Assembly (NCBI RefSeq): GCF_036588685.1
Contig: NC_086374.1
Location: 4,092,001 to 4,156,000 of the forward strand
From: Mytilus trossulus
Lineage: Eukaryota
Length of the DNA: 64,000 nt
Direction of reading: 5' to 3'
Shown here: piece after piece, positions 25,101-40,100 of the stretch
Position numbering within the stretch: position 1 is the first letter of the stretch
Layout: the number at the start of each line of letters is the position of its first letter
Notes under the pieces: generated by a model
What the model was told of the DNA's origin: nothing
Databases searched by the model: none
What the model saw: the letters and a program-made list of their open reading frames with translations, nothing else
Made by a program: the position numbers and the translations under genes

Positions 25101-28100
25101 ATCTATAGATGGAGTAACTGCCTTTGGAAATAAGTCAGTGATGTCAAGCAAATGCAAGTAATTTTAAAAGTATGCCAATCCTTTGGATGGCAAATTCGAT
25201 ATGGATAACTCTGCCTCTCAAACAGGAGAATAATTCATTTGATTAAAAAATGTATTTGCTAAACAATTTAGACAGGAGCCAGACAAAAGCACCCTGGTAT
25301 AACCTAACTTATATTGTCAAAAGATGGAAACACAAATTGCAACCAATTGATCTTCTAAGTGTAATGACTTCAACTTTCTATTACTTCACCTGTTTATATC
25401 AATACCCCTTATCTAAATCCACTAAATTTCTTTTGAACAAAATATAACTTTTGTTTTAGGGATATTAAAAAAATCTATCTTTTTTGGTGTAACCATGGAC
25501 TGACCTCAAACTTAACAAGTAAGCATAATTATGATTACACCAAAGATCCAGTATATATCATTAAAGCACAACTCACCATGGAACAACCTATTACCAAATC
25601 ATAAACCTCTATTCCAGCATCTGCTAAGGCCATTGATGCACAAGTTATAGAAGCTGCTAATGCTGAAAGATATTAAAACATTTATTACATGATGCATGAA
25701 ATCTAAAATATTCAAATATGTCAATATATCAAATTCAAAGCAATTAAAGTATGTAAAATAAACAAATTACTGTGGATTCATTAATATTCGTTGGATACCA
25801 ATTTTCGTGGATTTCGTGGGTACAGGAGAACCACGAATTCAAATGTACAACGAAATACAAATTTTGTAAAGGAATGAGTGTAGACTTTGCGAAAACCACG
25901 AAATTAAATATCCACGAATATGGAAGTTTTCCTCAATCCACGAAAATTGGTACCCACGAAAATAAATGAATCCACAGTAATCTTTCATCACTCAGTCAAG
26001 CAGCAAAAATTTGTTTTCTTTCCTTACCGTAACTTATCATTTATTCATAGTTTTAATCAGAATAGCCACTGTAACTTGTATTGTATTCATTTTTGCCAAT
26101 ACTTTTAACAACTGGACTTTCTCCCCTCTTTGTTTAGAACCTCAAACTTCATCTCACTTTAAAGTTTTTTAAGACTTTGGCTCTAAAATTTGAACACTGA
26201 AGAATCAACTAAACACTTGTGAGTGTTTTTGTAATTTATTTAATTTTGCACACTCTCTTTTTCTTTTTACTTTTTTTTAAATAAGGTAATAATGAGGTCT
26301 GTTTATCAAAAACTATTGTAGGTTAACAAAATTTGAAATAGGGGTTGGTTGCAATAATTATGTATCCATCTGACCACCTTATGCATCGTCTGATAGTAAT
26401 AGAAAGGTATACTAGTTAATATAACCTTTGGCATGACTATGTCATAGAGCCATTGTATGATAGTAATAGAAAGGTATACTAGTTAATATAACCTTTGGCA
26501 TGACTATGTCATAGAGCCATTGTATGATAGTAATAGAAAGGTATACTAGTTAATATAACCTTTGGCATGAATATGTCATAGAGCCATTGTATGATAGTAA
26601 TAGAAAGGTATACTAGTTAATATAACCTTTGGCATGACTATGTCATAGAGCCATTGTATGATAGTAATAGAAAGGTATACTAGTTAATATAACCTTTGGC
26701 ATGACTATGTCATAGAGCCATTGTATGATAGTAATAGAAAGGTATACTAGTTAATATAACCTTTGGCATGACTATGTCATAGAGCCATTGTATGATAGTA
26801 ATAGAAAGGTATACTAGTTAATATAACCTTTGGCATGACTATGTCATAGAGCCATTGTATGATAGTAATAGAAAGGTATACTAGTTAATATAACCTTTGG
26901 CATGACTATGTCATAGAGCCATTGTATGATAGTAATAGAAAGGTATACTAGTTAATATAACCTTTGGCATGACTATGTCATAGAGCCATTGTATGATAGT
27001 AATAGAAAGGTATACTAGTTAATATAACCTTTGGCATGAATATGTCATAGAGCCATTGTATGATAGTAATAGAAAGGTATACTAGTTATGGCATGACTAT
27101 GTCATAGAGCCATTGTCTGATAGTAATAGAAAGGTATACTAGTTAATATAACCTTTGGCATGACTATGTCATAGAGCCATTGTCTGATAGTAATAGAAAG
27201 GTATACTAGTTAATATAACCTTTGGCATGACTATGTCATAGAGCCATTGTATGATAGTAATAGAAAGGTATACTAGTTAATATAACCTTTGGCATGACTA
27301 TGTCATAGAGCCATTGTATGATAGTAATAGAAAGGTATACTAGTTAATATAACCTTTAGCATGACTATGTCATAGAGCCATTGTATGATAGTAATAGAAA
27401 GGTATACTAGTTAATATAACCTTTGGCATGACTATGTCATAGAGCCATTGTATGATAGTAATAGAAAGGTATACTAGTTATGGCATGACTATGTCATAGA
27501 GCCATTGTCTGATAGTAATAGAAAGGTATACTAGTTAATATAACCTTTGGCATGACTATGTCATAGAGCCATTGTATGATAGTAATAGAAAGGTATACTA
27601 GTTAATATAACCTTTAGCATGACTATGTCATAGAGCCATTGTATGATAGTAATAGAAAGGTATACTAGTTAATATAACCTTTGGTATGACTATGTCATAG
27701 AGCCATTGTATGATAGTAATAGAAAGGTATACTAGTTAATATAACCTTTGGCATGACTATGTCATAGAGCCATTGTATGATAGTAATAGAAAGGTATACT
27801 AGTTAATATAACCTTTGGCATGACTATGTCATAGAGCCATTGTATGATAGTAATAGAAAGGTATACTAGTTAATATAACCTTTGGCATGAATATGTCATA
27901 GAGCCATTGTATGATAGTAATAGAAAGGTATACTAGTTAATATAACCTTTGGCATGACTATGTCATAGAGCCATTGTATGATAGTAATAGAAAGGTATAC
28001 TAGTTAATATAACCTTTGGCATGACTATGTCATAGAGCCATTGTATGATAGTAATAGAAAGGTATACTAGTTAATATAACCTTTGGCATGACCATGTCAT

Positions 28101-31100
28101 AGAGCCATTGTATGATAGTAATAGAAAGGTATACTAGTTAATATAACCTTTGGCATGACTATGTCATAGAGCCATTGTATGATAGTAATAGAAAGGTATA
28201 CTAGTTAATATAACCTTTGGCATGACTATGTCATAGAGCCATTGTATGATAGTAATAGAAAGGTATACTAGTTAATATAACCTTTGGCATGACTATGTCA
28301 TAGAGCCATTGTATGATAGTAATAGAAAGGTATACTAGTTAATATAACCTTTGGCATGACTATGTCATAGAGCCATTGTATGATAGTAATAGAAAGGTAT
28401 ACTAGTTAATATAACCTTTGGCATGACTATGTCATAGAGCCATTGTATGATAGTAATAGAAAGGTATACTAGTTAATATAACCTTTGGCATGACTATGTC
28501 ATAGAGCCATTGTATGATAGTAATAGAAAGGTATACTAGTTAATATAACCTTTGGCATGACTATGTCATAGAGCCATTGTATGATAATAATAGAAAGGTA
28601 TACTAGTTAATATAACCTTTGGCATGACTATGTCATAGAGCCATTGTATGATAGTAATAGAAAGGTATACTAGTTAATATAACCTTTGGCATGACTATGT
28701 CATAGAGCCATTGTATGATAGTAATAGAAAGGTATACTAGTTAATATAACCTTTGGCATGACTATGTCATAGAGCCATTGTATGATAGTAATAGAAAGGT
28801 ATACTAGTTAATATAACCTTTGGCATGACTATGTCATAGAGCCATTGTATGATAGTAATAGAAAGGTATACTAGTTAATATAACCTTTGGCATGACTATG
28901 TCATAGAGCCATTGTCTGATAGTAATAGAAAGGTATACTAGTTAATATAACCTTTGGCATGACTATGTCATAGAGCCATTGTATGATAGTAATAGAAAGG
29001 TATACTAGTTAATATAACCTTTGGCATGACTATGTCATAGAGCCATCGTCTGATAGTAATAGAAAGGTATACTAGTTAATATAACCTTTGGCATGACTAT
29101 GTCATAGAGCCATTGTATGATAGTAATAGAAAGGTATACTAGTTAATATAACCTTTGGCATGACTATGTCATAGAGCCATTGTATGATAGTAATAGAAAG
29201 GTATACTAGTTAATATAACCTTTGGCATGACTATGTCATAGAGCCATTGTATGATAGTAATAGAAAGGTATACTAGTTAATATAACCTTTGGCATGACTA
29301 TGTCATAGAGCCATTGTATGATAGTAATAGAAAGGTATACTAGTTAATATAACCTTTGGCATGACTATGTCATAGAGCCATTGTATGATAGTAATAGAAA
29401 GGTATACTAGTTAATATAACCTTTGGCATGACTATGTCATAGAGCCATTGTATGATAGTAATAGAAAGGTATACTAGTTAATATAACCTTTGGCATGACT
29501 ATGTCATAGAGCCATTGTATGATAGTAATAGAAAGGTATACTAGTTAATATAACCTTTGGCATGACTATGTCATAGAGCCATTGTATGATAGTAATAGAA
29601 AGGTATACTAGTTAATATAACCTTTGGCATGAATATGTCATAGAGCCATTGTATGATAGTAATAGAAAGGTATACTAGTTAATATAACCTGTAGCATGAC
29701 TATGTCATAGAGCCATTGTATGATAGTAATAGAAAGGTATACTAGTTAATATAACCTTTGGCATGACTATGTCATAGAGCCATTGTATGATAGTAATAGA
29801 AAGGTATACTAGTTAATATAACCTTTAGCATGAATATGTCATAGAGCCATTGTATGATAGTAATAGAAAGGTATACTAGTTAATATAACCTTTGGCATGA
29901 CTATGTCATAGAGCCATTGTATGATAGTAATAGAAAGGTATACTAGTTAATATAACCTTTGGTATGACTATGTCATAGAGCCATTGTATGATAGTAATAG
30001 AAAGGTATACTAGTTAATATAACCTTTAGCATGAATATGTCATAGAGCCATTGTATGATAGTAATAGAAAGGTATACTAGTTAATATAACCTTTGGCATG
30101 ACTATGTCATAGAGCCATTGTATGATAGTAATAGAAAGGTATACTAGTTAATATAACCTTTGGCATGACTATGTCATAGAGCCATTGTATGATAGTAATA
30201 GAAAGGTATACTAGTTAATATAACCTTTGGCATGACTATGTCATAGAGCCATTGTATGATAGTAATAGAAAGGTATACTAGTTAATATAACCTTTAGCAT
30301 GACTATGTCATAGAGCCATTGTATGATAGTAATAGAAAGGTATACTAGTTAATATAACCTTTGGCATGACTATGTCATAGAGCCATTGTATGATAGTAAT
30401 AGAAAGGTATACTAGTTAATATAACCTTTAGCATGAATATGTCATAGAGCCATTGTATGATAGTAATAGAAAGGTATACTAGTTAATATAACCTTTGGCA
30501 TGACTATGTCATAGAGCCATCGTCTGATAGTAATAGAAAGGTATACTAGTTAATATAACCTTTAGCATGACTATGTCATAGAGCCATTGTATGATAGTAA
30601 TAGAAAGGTATACTAGTTAATATAACCTTTAGCATGACTATGTCATAGAGCCATTGTATGATAGTAATAGAAAGGTATACTAGTTAATATAACCTTTAGC
30701 ATGACTATGTCATAGAGCCATTGTATGATAGTAATAGAAAGGTATACTAGTTAATATAACCTTTGGCATGACTATGTCATAGAGCCATTGTCTGATAGTA
30801 ATAGAAAGGTATACTAGTTAATATAACCTTTGGTATGACTATGTCATAGAGCCATTGTATGATAGTAATAGAAAGGTATACTAGTTAATATAACCTTTGG
30901 CATGACTATGTCATAGAGCCATCGTCTGATAGTAATAGAAAGGTATACTAGTTAATATAACCTTTAGCATGACTATGTCATAGAGCCATTGTATGATAGT
31001 AATAGAAAGGTATACTAGTTAATATAACCTTTGGCATGACTATGTCATAGAGCCATCGTCTGATAGTAATAGAAAGGTATACTAGTTAATATAACCTTTA

Positions 31101-34100
31101 GCATGACTATGTCATAGAGCCATTGTATGATAGTAATAGAAAGGTATACTAGTTAATATAACCTTTGGCATGACTATGTCATAGAGCCATCGTCTGATAG
31201 TAATAGAAAGGTATACTAGTTAATATAACCTTTAGCATGACTATGTCATAGAGCCATTGTATGATAGTAATAGAAAGGTATACTAGTTAATATAACCTTT
31301 AGCATGACTATGTCATAGAGCCATTGTATGATAGTAATAGAAAGGTATACTAGTTAATATAACCTTTAGCATGACTATGTCATAGAGCCATTGTATGATA
31401 GTAATAGAAAGGTATACTAGTTAATATAACCTTTGGCATGACTATGTCATAGAGCCATTGTATGATAGTAATAGAAAGGTATACTAGTTAATATAACCTT
31501 TAGCATGAATATGTCATAGAGCCATTGTATGATAGTAATAGAAAGGTATACTAGTTAATATAACCTTTAGCATGAATATGTCATAGAGCCATTGTATGAT
31601 AGTAATAGAAAGGTATACTAGTTAATATAACCTTTGGCATGACTATGTCATAGAGCCATTGTATGATAGTAATAGAAAGGTATACTAGTTAATATAACCT
31701 TTAGCATGACTATGTCATAGAGCCATTGTATGATAGTAATAGAAAGGTATACTAGTTAATATAACCTTTGGCATGACTATGTCATAGAGCCATTGTATGA
31801 TAGTAATAGAAAGGTATACTAGTTAATATAACCTTTGGTATGACTATGTCATAGAGCCATTGTATGATAGTAATAGAAAGGTATACTAGTTAATATAACC
31901 TTTAGCATGACTATGTCATAGAGCCATTGTATGATAGTAATAGAAAGGTATACTAGTTAATATAACCTTTGGCATGACTATGTCATAGAGCCATTGTATG
32001 ATAGTAATAGAAAGGTATACTAGTTAATATAACCTTTGGTATGACTATGTCATAGAGCCATTGTATGATAGTAATAGAAAGGTATACTAGTAACCTTTGG
32101 CATGACTATGTCATAGAGCCATTGTATGATAGTAATAGAAAGGTATACTAGTTAATATAACCTTTAGCATGACTATGTCATAGAGCCATTGTATGATAGT
32201 AATAGAAAGGTATACTAGTTAATATAACCTTTAGCATGAATATGTCATAGAGCCATTGTATGATAGTAATAGAAAGGTATACTAGTTAATATAACCTTTG
32301 GCATGACTATGTCATAGAGCCATTGTATGATAGTAATAGAAAGGTATACTAGTTAATATAACCTTTAGCATGACTATGTCATAGAGCCATTGTATGATAG
32401 TAATAGAAAGGTATACTAGTTAATATAACCTTTGGCATGACTATGTCATAGAGCCATTGTATGATAGTAATAGAAAGGTATACTAGTTAATATAACCTTT
32501 GGTATGACTATGTCATAGAGCCATTGTATGATAGTAATAGAAAGGTATACTAGTTAATATAACCTTTGGCATGACTATGTCATAGAGCCATTGTATGATA
32601 GTAATAGAAAGGTATACTAGTTAATATAACCTTTGGCATGACTATGTCATAGAGCCATTGTATGATAGTAATAGAAAGGTATACTAGTTAATATAACCTT
32701 TGGTATGACTATGTCATAGAGCCATTGTATGATAGTAATAGAAAGGTATACTAGTTAATATAACCTTTGGCATGACTATGTCATAGAGCCATTGTATGAT
32801 AGTAATAGAAAGGTATACTAGTTAATATAACCTTTGGCATGACTATGTCATAGAGCCATTGTATGATAGTAATAGAAAGGTATACTAGTTAATATAACCT
32901 TTGGCATGACTATGTCATAGAGCCATTGTATGATAGTAATAGAAAGGTATACTAGTTAATATAACCTTTGGCATGACTATGTCATAGAGCCATTGTATGA
33001 TAGTAATAGAAAGGTATACTAGTTAATATAACCTTTGGCATGACTATGTCATAGAGCCATTGTATGATAGTAATAGAAAGGTATACTAGTTAATATAACC
33101 TTTAGCATGACTATGTCATAGAGCCATTGTATGATAGTAATAGAAAGGTATACTAGTTAATATAACCTTTGGCATGACTATGTCATAGAGCCATTGTATG
33201 ATAGTAATAGAAAGGTATACTAGTTAATATAACCTTTGGCATGACTATGTCATAGAGCCATTGTATGATAGTAATAGAAAGGTATACTAGTTAATATAAC
33301 CTTTAGCATGACTATGTCATAGAGCCATTGTATGATAGTAATAGAAAGGTATACTAGTTAATATAACCTTTGGCATGACTATGTCATAGAGCCATTGTAT
33401 GATAGTAATAGAAAGGTATACTAGTTAATATAACCTTTGGCATGACTATGTCATAGAGCCATTGTATGATAGTAATAGAAAGGTATACTAGTTAATATAA
33501 CCTTTGGTATGACTATGTCATAGAGCCATTGTATGATAGTAATAGAAAGGTATACTAGTTAATATAACCTTTGGCATGACCATGTCATAGAGCCATTGTA
33601 TGATAGTAATAGAAAGGTATACTAGTTAATATAACCTTTGGCATGAATATGTCATAGAGCATGTGTCTGATGTATATCGTCACTGTTATGCAAAAATCTT
33701 GTATCTCAATTTTTACGCGGAAATCTTTATAAGAATTATTTAGGATTAAATATGTATGTTCAACTGTATGCGAAAATATCTGATCTTCTAATCAATCATT
33801 TAATCCGAATTCTGATATGTGACGAAAAAGTGTAAACGGATTGGTGAGACATTTCGTTGTGCGAAAATATCATATCTCAAAAGAAAAACATTTTGCACAG
33901 CAGCTGACATTATAGCAGGTACAGTTTTATCAATTTTGGGTTCTCAAAGCTAATATATTAGCTTTAAAATAATGAAAAGCTTTGAAAAAAACAAAGACTC
34001 TTATAAATGTCATAAGTCTTAACCCTATTTCAAGTGCTTATTAACATGTCCGGAACAAGTATGAAGCATATAAATTATAAATCATTTTTTTTTATGAGTT

Positions 34101-37100
34101 GGTTTCTTGTTCATTAACATGGTTTCTTTTTGTATCCTTTTTTATAAGTTCTAAAATTTTAACTTTTATTTTGTGGGTTGTGTTGGTATTAAAATAGTTT
34201 GAATGGAACAATTGAGTTTTTCGAGAAAAAATTAATACATTTTGATTCACCGTTTACGTGACAGGAAACCAAACAGGAAACCAATCTTTATTTTCTATAT
34301 TTTGCACAATATAATTCAAAAGGCATAAATAAACACCATTACTAGTGTTACTTGCTTCATGTTAATATTTAAAATCTATTTTCAATGTTATATTAAAGTT
34401 TTTTTTAAACGTGACAGGAAACCATAAGAAACCGAAAGCATTTTTTTAGTTTTATTTTATTGCAAAATCTGCTTAAAATAATCTGAACAGTATACTTTTT
34501 CTTAAAATCCATCTTAAATGTAACAGTATTATAAAACTCCTAAATATGAGCTTGTTTTGAAAACAATTAGTAAAATTTATTCAGAATTTTCCATATTTTC
34601 TTCATTGATACAGGATACCATAATCGTTGTATCTTGATGTTTTGGCCGAAAAAATATATTTATATTTGGTTTTGAAATTCCAGTTATATAAAATTTATTC
34701 CAAATCATTGGCAATGTAAAATTCTTTAAATCCAGTAAAGAAAAAAACTTTTAACTTGGAATTAAAATCTTTAAAATAGGCACCATGTGATATTTGTGAC
34801 CTGTACACCATCTACATGGTTTCCACATTTTAACCTACTTTAGTGGGCTAAAATCAATAAAGTACTTCCTTTCAAGTCATGCCTGGTAAAAGTTTACTTT
34901 TCCTTTGACAAGTTTATTGCGCTTCTGAAAAGTGTTTGCAGAACATGAATAAAAAAATTTAATTAAAAATTGTGACAAAGTTACTAACTTTGTACATTCC
35001 AAGTGTAACGGTATATTATCATGCATTTTTCATTTAATTATCTTTATTCACCTAAAATATCTAGTAATATTTACTGCTGAAGCAAAATCAATCCAACGAA
35101 CATCGGCACCATGATAAGAGACGTAATTTCGATTGAATTTTCCAAGGACCCTTTACATCGTTATTGGGAAACGTAGTGTGTTTAAACGTCGGTCAAATCT
35201 GAAATCGATTTTGTCAAGTCATTGGGCATTTAATTTCACACAAGATCGTATGTAACATTATGCACATAGGAAAAATAATAGACCCCCGGCGCAATCTCTT
35301 TGAAAACTGTATTTTCCTTTTTTAAACAAGTCGAAACAAGTCTACAGATTATGTTTGCTAACATCCCGTTGGAAACAAAAACAATGTTTAGAACTAGTAT
35401 ATCATATGTCCGGCTGTAAGGGCGTGAACACATGTTAGTCACATGTTTCACGTATGACCGGAAATGATTAGAACTTAAGGACAAAAACAATTTTAATAAA
35501 TAACTGGACTTCTGTTTCGTGTGAAATGTAACGCATAACGATAACGTCATTTTCTTACTTAATTATTACGAAGATCAAAACAAGAATGTAAATTATCTCT
35601 GATTTACCTGTTTGAACATCTCGCGAGAGTTCATATTTGCATATTGTTTTTAAGAATTCTATTACAACAAAGCAGATTACATCATCTAAAATTTACGTTA
35701 CGAAATCGGACACAAAAGTCACGCCACTGTTCTTACATCTGCTACATAAATACTTATAGTTCTCGGCATTTTCTTCTGACTATTCTTATTGGTCAATGTT
35801 CTTTGTTATTTGTAAGCAAAAGTTACGAATCTGCCAGTGACGATTATCTATAAATCAGTCAGCGTTATGCTCTTCGGAAGCAAAAAGTAACGCGAGAAAC
35901 GACACAAAAATACGGTTGTAGAATCTTTGAAATTGTATATTTCAATTTTTTTTCTAGGGAAGAGTAGCATACACTTGTATGTTGATAAAAATAATGGCAT
36001 CTTTAGATGTAGTTACAACTTTTCTTACAGTAATTCACAATTTTATCACTTTTCTATAGTTATAGGAAACGAGCCCAATAGCAAATTATGGTCCATATAC
36101 ATCCGACAGATTTTATTTGACCAGTGAATTTCAGAGAGTACAGCCTTTTATAGAAAATTTCAATATTCCAGTCCAAGAAATGTCCCTCATTGTGTCATAC
36201 CAAATGCAATAGTGGCAATATTTTTATATTATAGGGTATATTAAATTCAAGTGTAAATAATATTATAGAAAAGTAATGCGTTGAACTGTATATCAATCTG
36301 TCATGATTACATTATCACTCACCACAGCCATCATTCTGTAACACTTCTACAAAGATGTTAACCTGAGCTTTGGGAAACTTGTGCTGAAACAAAACTCACA
36401 ACATTAAACATTTGTCATAGACATTTTATAGATTGCTGTCAAATGGATGATAACCACAGTTACTACACATCTATTTGTTTAAAAACAAAAGTTCTGAATT
36501 AATCACATTTAAAAGAGTACTAACCTTTTAATATTTTATAAACTAGAGGCTCTAAAGAGCCTGTGTCGCTCACCTTGGTCTATGTTAATATTAAACATTG
36601 TACACAAATGAATTCATGACAAAATTGTGTTTTGGTGATGGTGATGTGTTTGAAGATCTTACTTTACTAAACATTTTTGCTGCTTACAATTATCTCTATC
36701 TATAACAGTAGTTTCTGTGGAAAATGTTAGTGAAAATCTACAAATTTTGTGAAAATTGTTAAAAAATGACTATGAAGGGCAATAACTCCTCAGGGGGTCA
36801 ATTGACTATTTTGGCCATGTTGACTCATTTTTAGTTCTTACTTTACTGTACATTATTGCTGTTTACAGTTTATCTCTATCTATAATAATATTCAAGATAA
36901 TAACAAAAAAACAGCAAAATTTCCTCAAAATTACCAATTTAGGGGCAGCAACCTAACAACCTATGATCCGATTCATCTGAAAATTCCTGGGCAGATAGAT
37001 CTTGACCTGATCAACAATTTCAACTCTGTCAGATTTGCTCTTAATGCTTTGTTTTTTGGGTTATAAGCCAAAAACTGCATTTTACTCCCATGTTCTATTT

Positions 37101-40100
37101 TTAGCCATGGCCGCCATCTTGGTTGGTTGGCCAAGTTACCGGACACAATTTTTATACTAGACACCCCAAAGATGATTGTGGCCAAGTTTCAATTAATTTG
37201 GCCCAGTAGTTTCAGAGGAGAAGATTTTTCTAAAAGATAACTAAGATTTACGTAAAATGGTTAAAAATTGACTATAAAGGGCAATAACTCCTACAGTGGT
37301 CAACTGACCATTTTGGTCATGTTGACTTATTTGTAGATCTTACTTTGATGAACATTATTGCTGTTTACAGTTTTTCTCTATCTATAATAATATTCAAGAT
37401 AATAACCAAAAACAGCAAAATTTCCTTAAAATTACTGATTCAGGGGCAGCAACCTAACAAAGGAATGTCAGATTCATCTGAAAATTTCAAGGCAGATAGA
37501 TCTTAACCTGATAATCAATTTTACCCCATGTCAGATTTGCTCTAAATGCTTTGGTTTTTGAGTTATAAGCCAAAAACTGCATTTTACCCCTATGTTCTAT
37601 TTTTAGCCATGGCGGCCATCTTGGTTGGTTGGCAAGGTCACCGGACACAATTTTCAAACTAGATACCTCAATGATGATTGTGGCCAAGTTTGGTTAAATT
37701 TGGCCCAGTAGTTTCAGAGGAGAAGATTTTTGTAAAAGTTAACGCCGGACGACGACGGACGACGACAGACGACGGACGCCAAGTGATGAGAAAAGCTCAC
37801 TTGGCCCTTCGGGCCAGGTGAGCTAATAATTAGGACAGCAGTTCAATCCAGTAATGATCCATGAATTACAGAGAAAAGCCAATATTTATTAATCATCTGT
37901 AATGGTATTCTTATTACCTAACAATTACAAATAATTATTTTGAACAAAAGTCTTATTTCTTCAGGACAATTATCCTTCCCCATTCTTTAAACTAATTTTA
38001 TATTACGAGTCAGTCTACAATTTCATCAAATAGGTTCAGACTTCCCAGTGTTCAATTGCTTATATATCTGATATCTAATTTATTAACTGTGTTGAGTGGG
38101 ATAGGAGGGGTGCTGATCCTGAAATCCCGAGCTTAAAAACATGAAACCCTGAGCTTAAAAACACCTGATCCCTGAGTCCTGATAAAGGTCCTATCCTCCC
38201 TCTGTGTTGAATTACCAGACAGACTTCAGGTTCTAAAGCCTCTAGTAACTGGACAGAATAATCTTTCTCTTCACTGTCTTGTTGATGTTGTCTTCTGAAC
38301 CCCCCAATGAGACCCCCTGTTGAATTACCAGACAGACAGCAGGTTTTAATGCCTCTAGTAACTGGACAGAGAAATCTTTCTCTTCACTGTCTTGAACCCC
38401 CCAATGAGACCCCCTGTTGTATTACCAGACAGACAGCAGGTTCTAAAGCCTCTAGTAACTGGACAGAGAAATCTTTCTCTTCACTGTCTTGTTGATGTTG
38501 TCTTCTGTAGCTACACGAAAAAGTGGCATATTTAAATTCACAAGTAAGTTGTCCCTTCATACTGAATTCTTCTTTCCTGACAACTTCTCTAGGACCATAT
38601 CTAGAAGAAAAATGTTTTAACATGATTGAATAAAATCATCAAGAAATAGCAAAGATGTGTATCACAAGGTAAATACATAAAATGTATAATTTCTTTGACC
38701 ATTATGGCCCAAAACAGACTATATGAGCTTTAATGAATAACATATATATGGGTTTTCCTTTGCAACTGCTTTTTTATTTTTACTACAGACCTGATAAAGC
38801 CAAGAGCATTGTCAGTGAATCTGTCATGCCAATTAAAACTTTATATGTAATTATCTGTCATAACATTTTATATTATGACCTTGATAAGATCATGTGCTAT
38901 TAACATACCATATATCCTACTTACACATTGGCTTTCTTTAGCAATTTGAAAACCAAATAAATATAAATGTTAAACTTATTTTGTATTTTATTTCCATTGA
39001 TATGGAAAAGACATGTGAAATAATTACGGTATGAAAGATGTAAACAACTAAAAACTTCATTGATTGAAAGAGAATCTGTAACAAACTGAGATACACATAA
39101 CTCAGATAACATTCAAGGAAAGTTTATTCTATACATTGCAGCTGAAAAGTTGAAGTTATTTTATAAAGATAAATGTATACATGTATAAGTAAGCATTATT
39201 AAACCCATGAAAATGTGAGATTTAATTTACAATTTGCTGAATATTTAAGTTTTGACAACAATCTTTAATTTACAGTTATGTTCATGTGACTGATTGACAT
39301 GTACAATGATGTATGTCAGATTATGATTATTATGGAAACGGGATTTTTATCAAATATGCACATTTTCCTTCTATGTTGATCAATACAAATGTATGATGAT
39401 ATTTCAAATTTTGATTAATAAGAGTTTACATATCGATTCCCTGTATACTCAATAATTAACACTATATAACGTTTGAATCAATTAAAAAGCAAAAAATATC
39501 TTAGAAATATGCAAGGAAATTCATGTAGCGTCAGTTCTTTTGCATTTCTTGGTTACCAGGAACAAAGCATAAGAAACACCTCAGAAATGACTCCTTAATT
39601 TGTTGACAGGCATGTCTCTATTACCATACTACCACTTTCACTATAATATGTTTCCTGTTTAATACTTACACAGAACAAATTATTTTTGTCTCCCCTTGTT
39701 CAATGTAAGCTGAGCCTCTGGCTTGGCTTACTACTCCTGTTTTGATAACTGAAAAAGAAAAGTCTCAATAATGAAGATACATGTACACGAAACTTCTGTA
39801 TATGAAAAGCTTATTAAATGAGTTACCGGTTAAATACAAATTTTATTTTCTTACTTTCACAGAAATAACTAGACAATATATATTGGTAAATCAACAGTTA
39901 TCACAAGCAGAGAAAAAAAATTGTATTTTATGAGTACATCATATGAGTTTTTATTTATGAGTCTTATGTTGTAATCTTTTTTGACTGAGCTGTATTCTGT
40001 GGACTTTTTTTGTCAGTTTTGGCAAAGAAATTGTTACATATAAAAACAAAGATGTGGTATGATTGCCAATGAGACAACTATCCACAAAAGACCAAAATGA

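Noticed and set aside
26385-26450. Hammerhead-like reading of the satellite variant (CTGATAG...GAAAggt...accttt)
   Set aside because: Core is CUGAUAG rather than CUGANGA, there is no stem II, and most monomers lack the CTGA
26385-33662. CRISPR-like array
   Set aside because: No unique spacers, pure tandem monomers, eukaryotic intron and no cas genes
35115-35205. Possible intronic C/D box snoRNA
   Set aside because: C box is imperfect, no clear terminal stem, and it is antisense to the host gene
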